Assembly (NCBI GenBank): GCA_002269645.1
Contig: NIVC01003517.1
Span: 73,738-137,737, forward strand
DNA length: 64,000 bases
Source of the DNA: Macrostomum lignano
Taxonomy: Eukaryota
Reading direction: 5' to 3'
Under the pieces are notes generated by a model that was not told where the DNA came from, searched no databases, and saw nothing but the letters and a program-made list of their open reading frames with translations. A program made the position numbers and the translations under genes. The number at the start of each line of letters is the position of its first letter. Positions within the stretch are counted from its first letter, which is position 1. Positions 60,795 through 64,000 of this stretch are shown piece after piece.

Positions 60795-63195
60795 TGTTTT
60801 GATATTAAATTATTGTTAGCGACGAAGCACTGTAAGCAACGAAGAAGCAACGTCGTAGAACATATGGGGCAAACGAAACGAGAATACCAGAAGAAAATTT
60901 TAGTAGAGAAGTCATTTTAAAACTTGCTAGAGTCTATAGCATTTTTAATATCTATATATATATCATTACATAAAACATATTTTAAAACACTCTTAAGATA
61001 GCCATCAGCAAAAAATATGATCCTATTGAAGAAAGCTTGTATAGTGGTGCAACATTGTTATAGTGCTTAACACAAAGCAAAATTAAAAATTATAAGCCGG
61101 ATTCCGGATTCTGTTGTGGTGATTCCAGAAATAGAAACGTCAGGCGTAGGCGTAGGGTAGACGGTAGGCCTAGGTAACAGATACTGGCTATTGTGTGCTG
61201 CATAATGAGGCCTAACATTAGAAAAACAGTTGATAGCAACCTAACATTCCTAACAGTAAGCTTTAACAATTCATATATTTTTTGCACACCTAAAATCAAA
61301 TGAACAAACAATTCGAGAAGAATGCCAATATTAGGATTAGTATTAAGTAGTCCAGTCCTAAGTCTAAAAGTAGAAATCTTAAGCCTAACTTTCACTTTAA
61401 GTTGCAAATTTTCATAAAAATAAATTAATATATATTATATGATTCATGATTGTCGATAAGTTGCATTTTATAATATTTAATAGGCTATCCATGACCATTG
61501 CAAGCATTGCTTAATTATAATATATTTTTTTCTTTATTGAAAAGACAATTTTGTTTCTTAAAAAGTAAAAGTAGGCCTTAGAAGCAATATTAAATATTAT
61601 TTGTCTTGGCTTTATATTTATAATCAATATATATTAGCTTTTGTTCTAGGCCTATGCCTTTTTTTCCCTTTTTAAATTCAAATTATATAAAACTTTTATT
61701 TATGCAACTTGAACTTAGTATTAGTATTATATTATAGTAGTTTAGTATTATAGTTATAGGCCTAATTTATAATCAAATTTATTGCATTTAATTTAAAGTT
61801 ATATTTTTTAAATGCTATGGTATAATAATAGGCCTAGGCCCTAATTATTTAATTTATATTTATAATTGAGAAAATCATTTAACTTAGACTTAGATATAAG
61901 TAGGCTTGTATAACTAGTTTTGCATATTATTAGTTATTTTTATATAGAAAATAATTACTTTTAAATAACTTAAAATTAAAGCTTAGTAAATGATAATAGA
62001 TAATAGACAAGCTAGATAGCAAATGTAACATTATTGAATGTCTACTTTTGTTTAAAACTTTAAATAATGTTTTCTAAAACATATTTGTTTAATGTAAATA
62101 ATGTATATAATCTTAAATATGTTCTTTGCATATAAATAAGCTTTTTGGATCATATGCAGCATGCTATTGTTATTAGAATCTATTTTAAAATAATATTTTA
62201 ATTTCTTTACTAATAGAGGTAAACATATACTTAAGAAGATTATAAAGTGTTAACAAGGACCAACATTCAAACAAAGCTGCTATTAAATAAGTTTTTTAAT
62301 CTTATAGGCTTTTTTACTCTATTAAACTATTTAACTATAAGAAATTTCTTGATTTCTTGAATTTTAAAAATAAGATCAAGTACTCAATTTATTTAACTAT
62401 TGAGTATCAAGTTTAATACTTATTAGGACTCTAATATAGGGTCTAGATCATTATATTATTTAAAACTCATTAAGTATTGCCTGGAAATTAGATAATATTA
62501 TTTTTATTAGAAGATTAGGAATATAAATAGGTTTAAAAAATTATATTGCATATCTAGCCCTAGTCTTCAACTAATATCAAACTTAATCCTAATCTTAACC
62601 CCAACCTTAATCCTAGCATATATCTATTGGCAATGGAAATTACCAATAGTCAAATGATACTAGTCCCATGGAAAATATCAGTTATGTTTTTACCTTAGTT
62701 GAGTATCAAAATTGCACTCTTATCCTATTTTTTATAATAGAATTGAATTGGCAAGTGTTTTTAGTTGTAATGATGATGTGTTTATATTAGAAAAATTATA
62801 AACTTAATTTATTTAGTTATTATATTGTTTCTTCATATGTGCATAAGCTAAAATTATCTTACAAGCTAAATTTATCCATTTTTGTGACCAAGATCTGTTT
62901 TAAAATATCATATGCATAACATAGTTAATTGAATATGCAACTTTCATGCCCCACTGTGCCTTGACTTGTTTAAAAAGCAATCACAGCGTACATTCCCACC
63001 CAGGAGCAGTCCAATCAACTGCAGCCAAATTTATCCGGCACTATTTTAACTCCCTGCATTGCCTTAAAACAGTTTTTTCCAACTGCCAAAATTGCAACTC
63101 AAAGAGTGGAACAACTGCCAATTCGTTTGCATTCCAAAGCAAAGCACATTGGTCGGGTTATTTTGCCAACCAGCTCCTAGTCCTTGCCTGGCGCC

Positions 63196-63569
63196 ATGGG
63201 CCTGTTGGACATCCTGAAACGTTTCGGCAAGAAGGCCGAGGATCACGTGAAAATCAATCCATTTGTTCGGCGCGATGTGGACCCGTTTCTGGCCTGGGAG
63301 AAGGAGGACAAAATTGGCGATGGAGCTTTTGGTGAAGTGTTCCGCGGCCGGCAGAAGGAGACTGGCAGGCTGGCTGCCATCAAGCAGATCGGGTTGACAG
63401 CGAAGAGGACCTAATGGATTACATGGTTGAGATTAACATACTGACAAAGTGCAAGCACAAGACTATTATTGAACTGTTTGAGGCCTATTTGTACGATAGC
63501 AAGCTGTGGCTGTGCCTGGAGTACTGCAAGTTTGGCGCCCTGGACTCTATTATGATCGAATTGGACAAG
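63196..63569 (+). CDS. SLK: First coding exon of an STE20-family kinase (SLK/STK10); apparent -1 frameshift at ~63390
   Basis: IGDGAFGEVF...LAAIKQI..(S)EEDLMDYMVEINIL...LWLCLEYCKFGALDSIMIELDK|gt. Adding one G to atcgggttgac restores IGVDSEEDLM. The gene continues beyond the window. Confidence 0.88.
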
Positions 63570-63789
63570 GTTGGTTCCACTTCTCTAACATACAGCTGTA
63601 TTTTCCTAGTATAATTGCCTCGTTATCTTATTAGTAGTATCAAAAATGGTCTTAATGATCTTGATTGCCGAGTTATTTAAATAGATATTTCACACGAAAC
63701 TTCCAATATTGACTTCAAATTATGGTAAAAATTTCGAGTCAGTGAAGGCGACTCTGACAATGTCTATCTCGATAAGATCCTTAGATTCC

Positions 63790-63888
63790 CAGTTGCTGGC
63801 CAGCCTCCCAGATCCTCAGTTGCTGGCCAGCCTCCCAGATCCTCAGTTGCTAGGCCAGCCTCCCAGATCCTCAGTTGCTGAGCCAGTC
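63790..63888. repeat. 27-bp tandem repeat x~3.5 (CAGTTGCTGGCCAGCCTCCCAGATCCT) in the kinase intron
   Basis: Read directly. Confidence 0.85.
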
Positions 63889-64000
63889 TACCAGGTTCCA
63901 CTTTTCTAAAAATGTGGTAATTGGCGAGAGTAAATTTTGCTAGAGAGTAAATTATAAGAAAAAAGTGCCTTGTCATCTCAGTTGTATTAAAAATTGGTCT

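Noticed and set aside
62575-62620. CCTAA/CTTAA-like repeats suggestive of interstitial telomere sequence
   Set aside because: Too short and degenerate.

Overview
Eukaryotic (animal) genomic DNA. The repeat style suggests a free-living flatworm such as Macrostomum, but this is inference only. The window is dominated by a tandem array of three intronless ~9-kb sacsin-like genes on the minus strand (A: 4693 to beyond the left edge; B: 29463-11834; C: 48011-39063), plus an old inverted fourth remnant (~36335-36680). Each full copy encodes two GHKL/Hsp90-like ATPase repeats, a degenerate J-like segment without HPD, a Gly-rich linker and a C-terminal HEPN domain. The copies are sequence mosaics with patches of clustered amino-acid change. 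Copy B is split by an 8.7-kb CACTA/EnSpm transposon (CCC..GGG TIRs, TT TSD). That element carries an intact 798-aa transposase and a five-exon accessory gene with a BEN-like C-terminus, and a mariner is nested in the accessory gene's first intron. The spacers hold hAT-type MITEs with 8-bp TSDs, a truncated LINE, a dispersed repeat family that seeds 24-bp minisatellites, and other tandem arrays. At the right end are a six-exon FAM47-family gene (minus) and the first coding exon of an SLK/STK10 kinase (plus), arranged head to head. All calls come from manual reading, hand translation and remembered family motifs; no database search was run.
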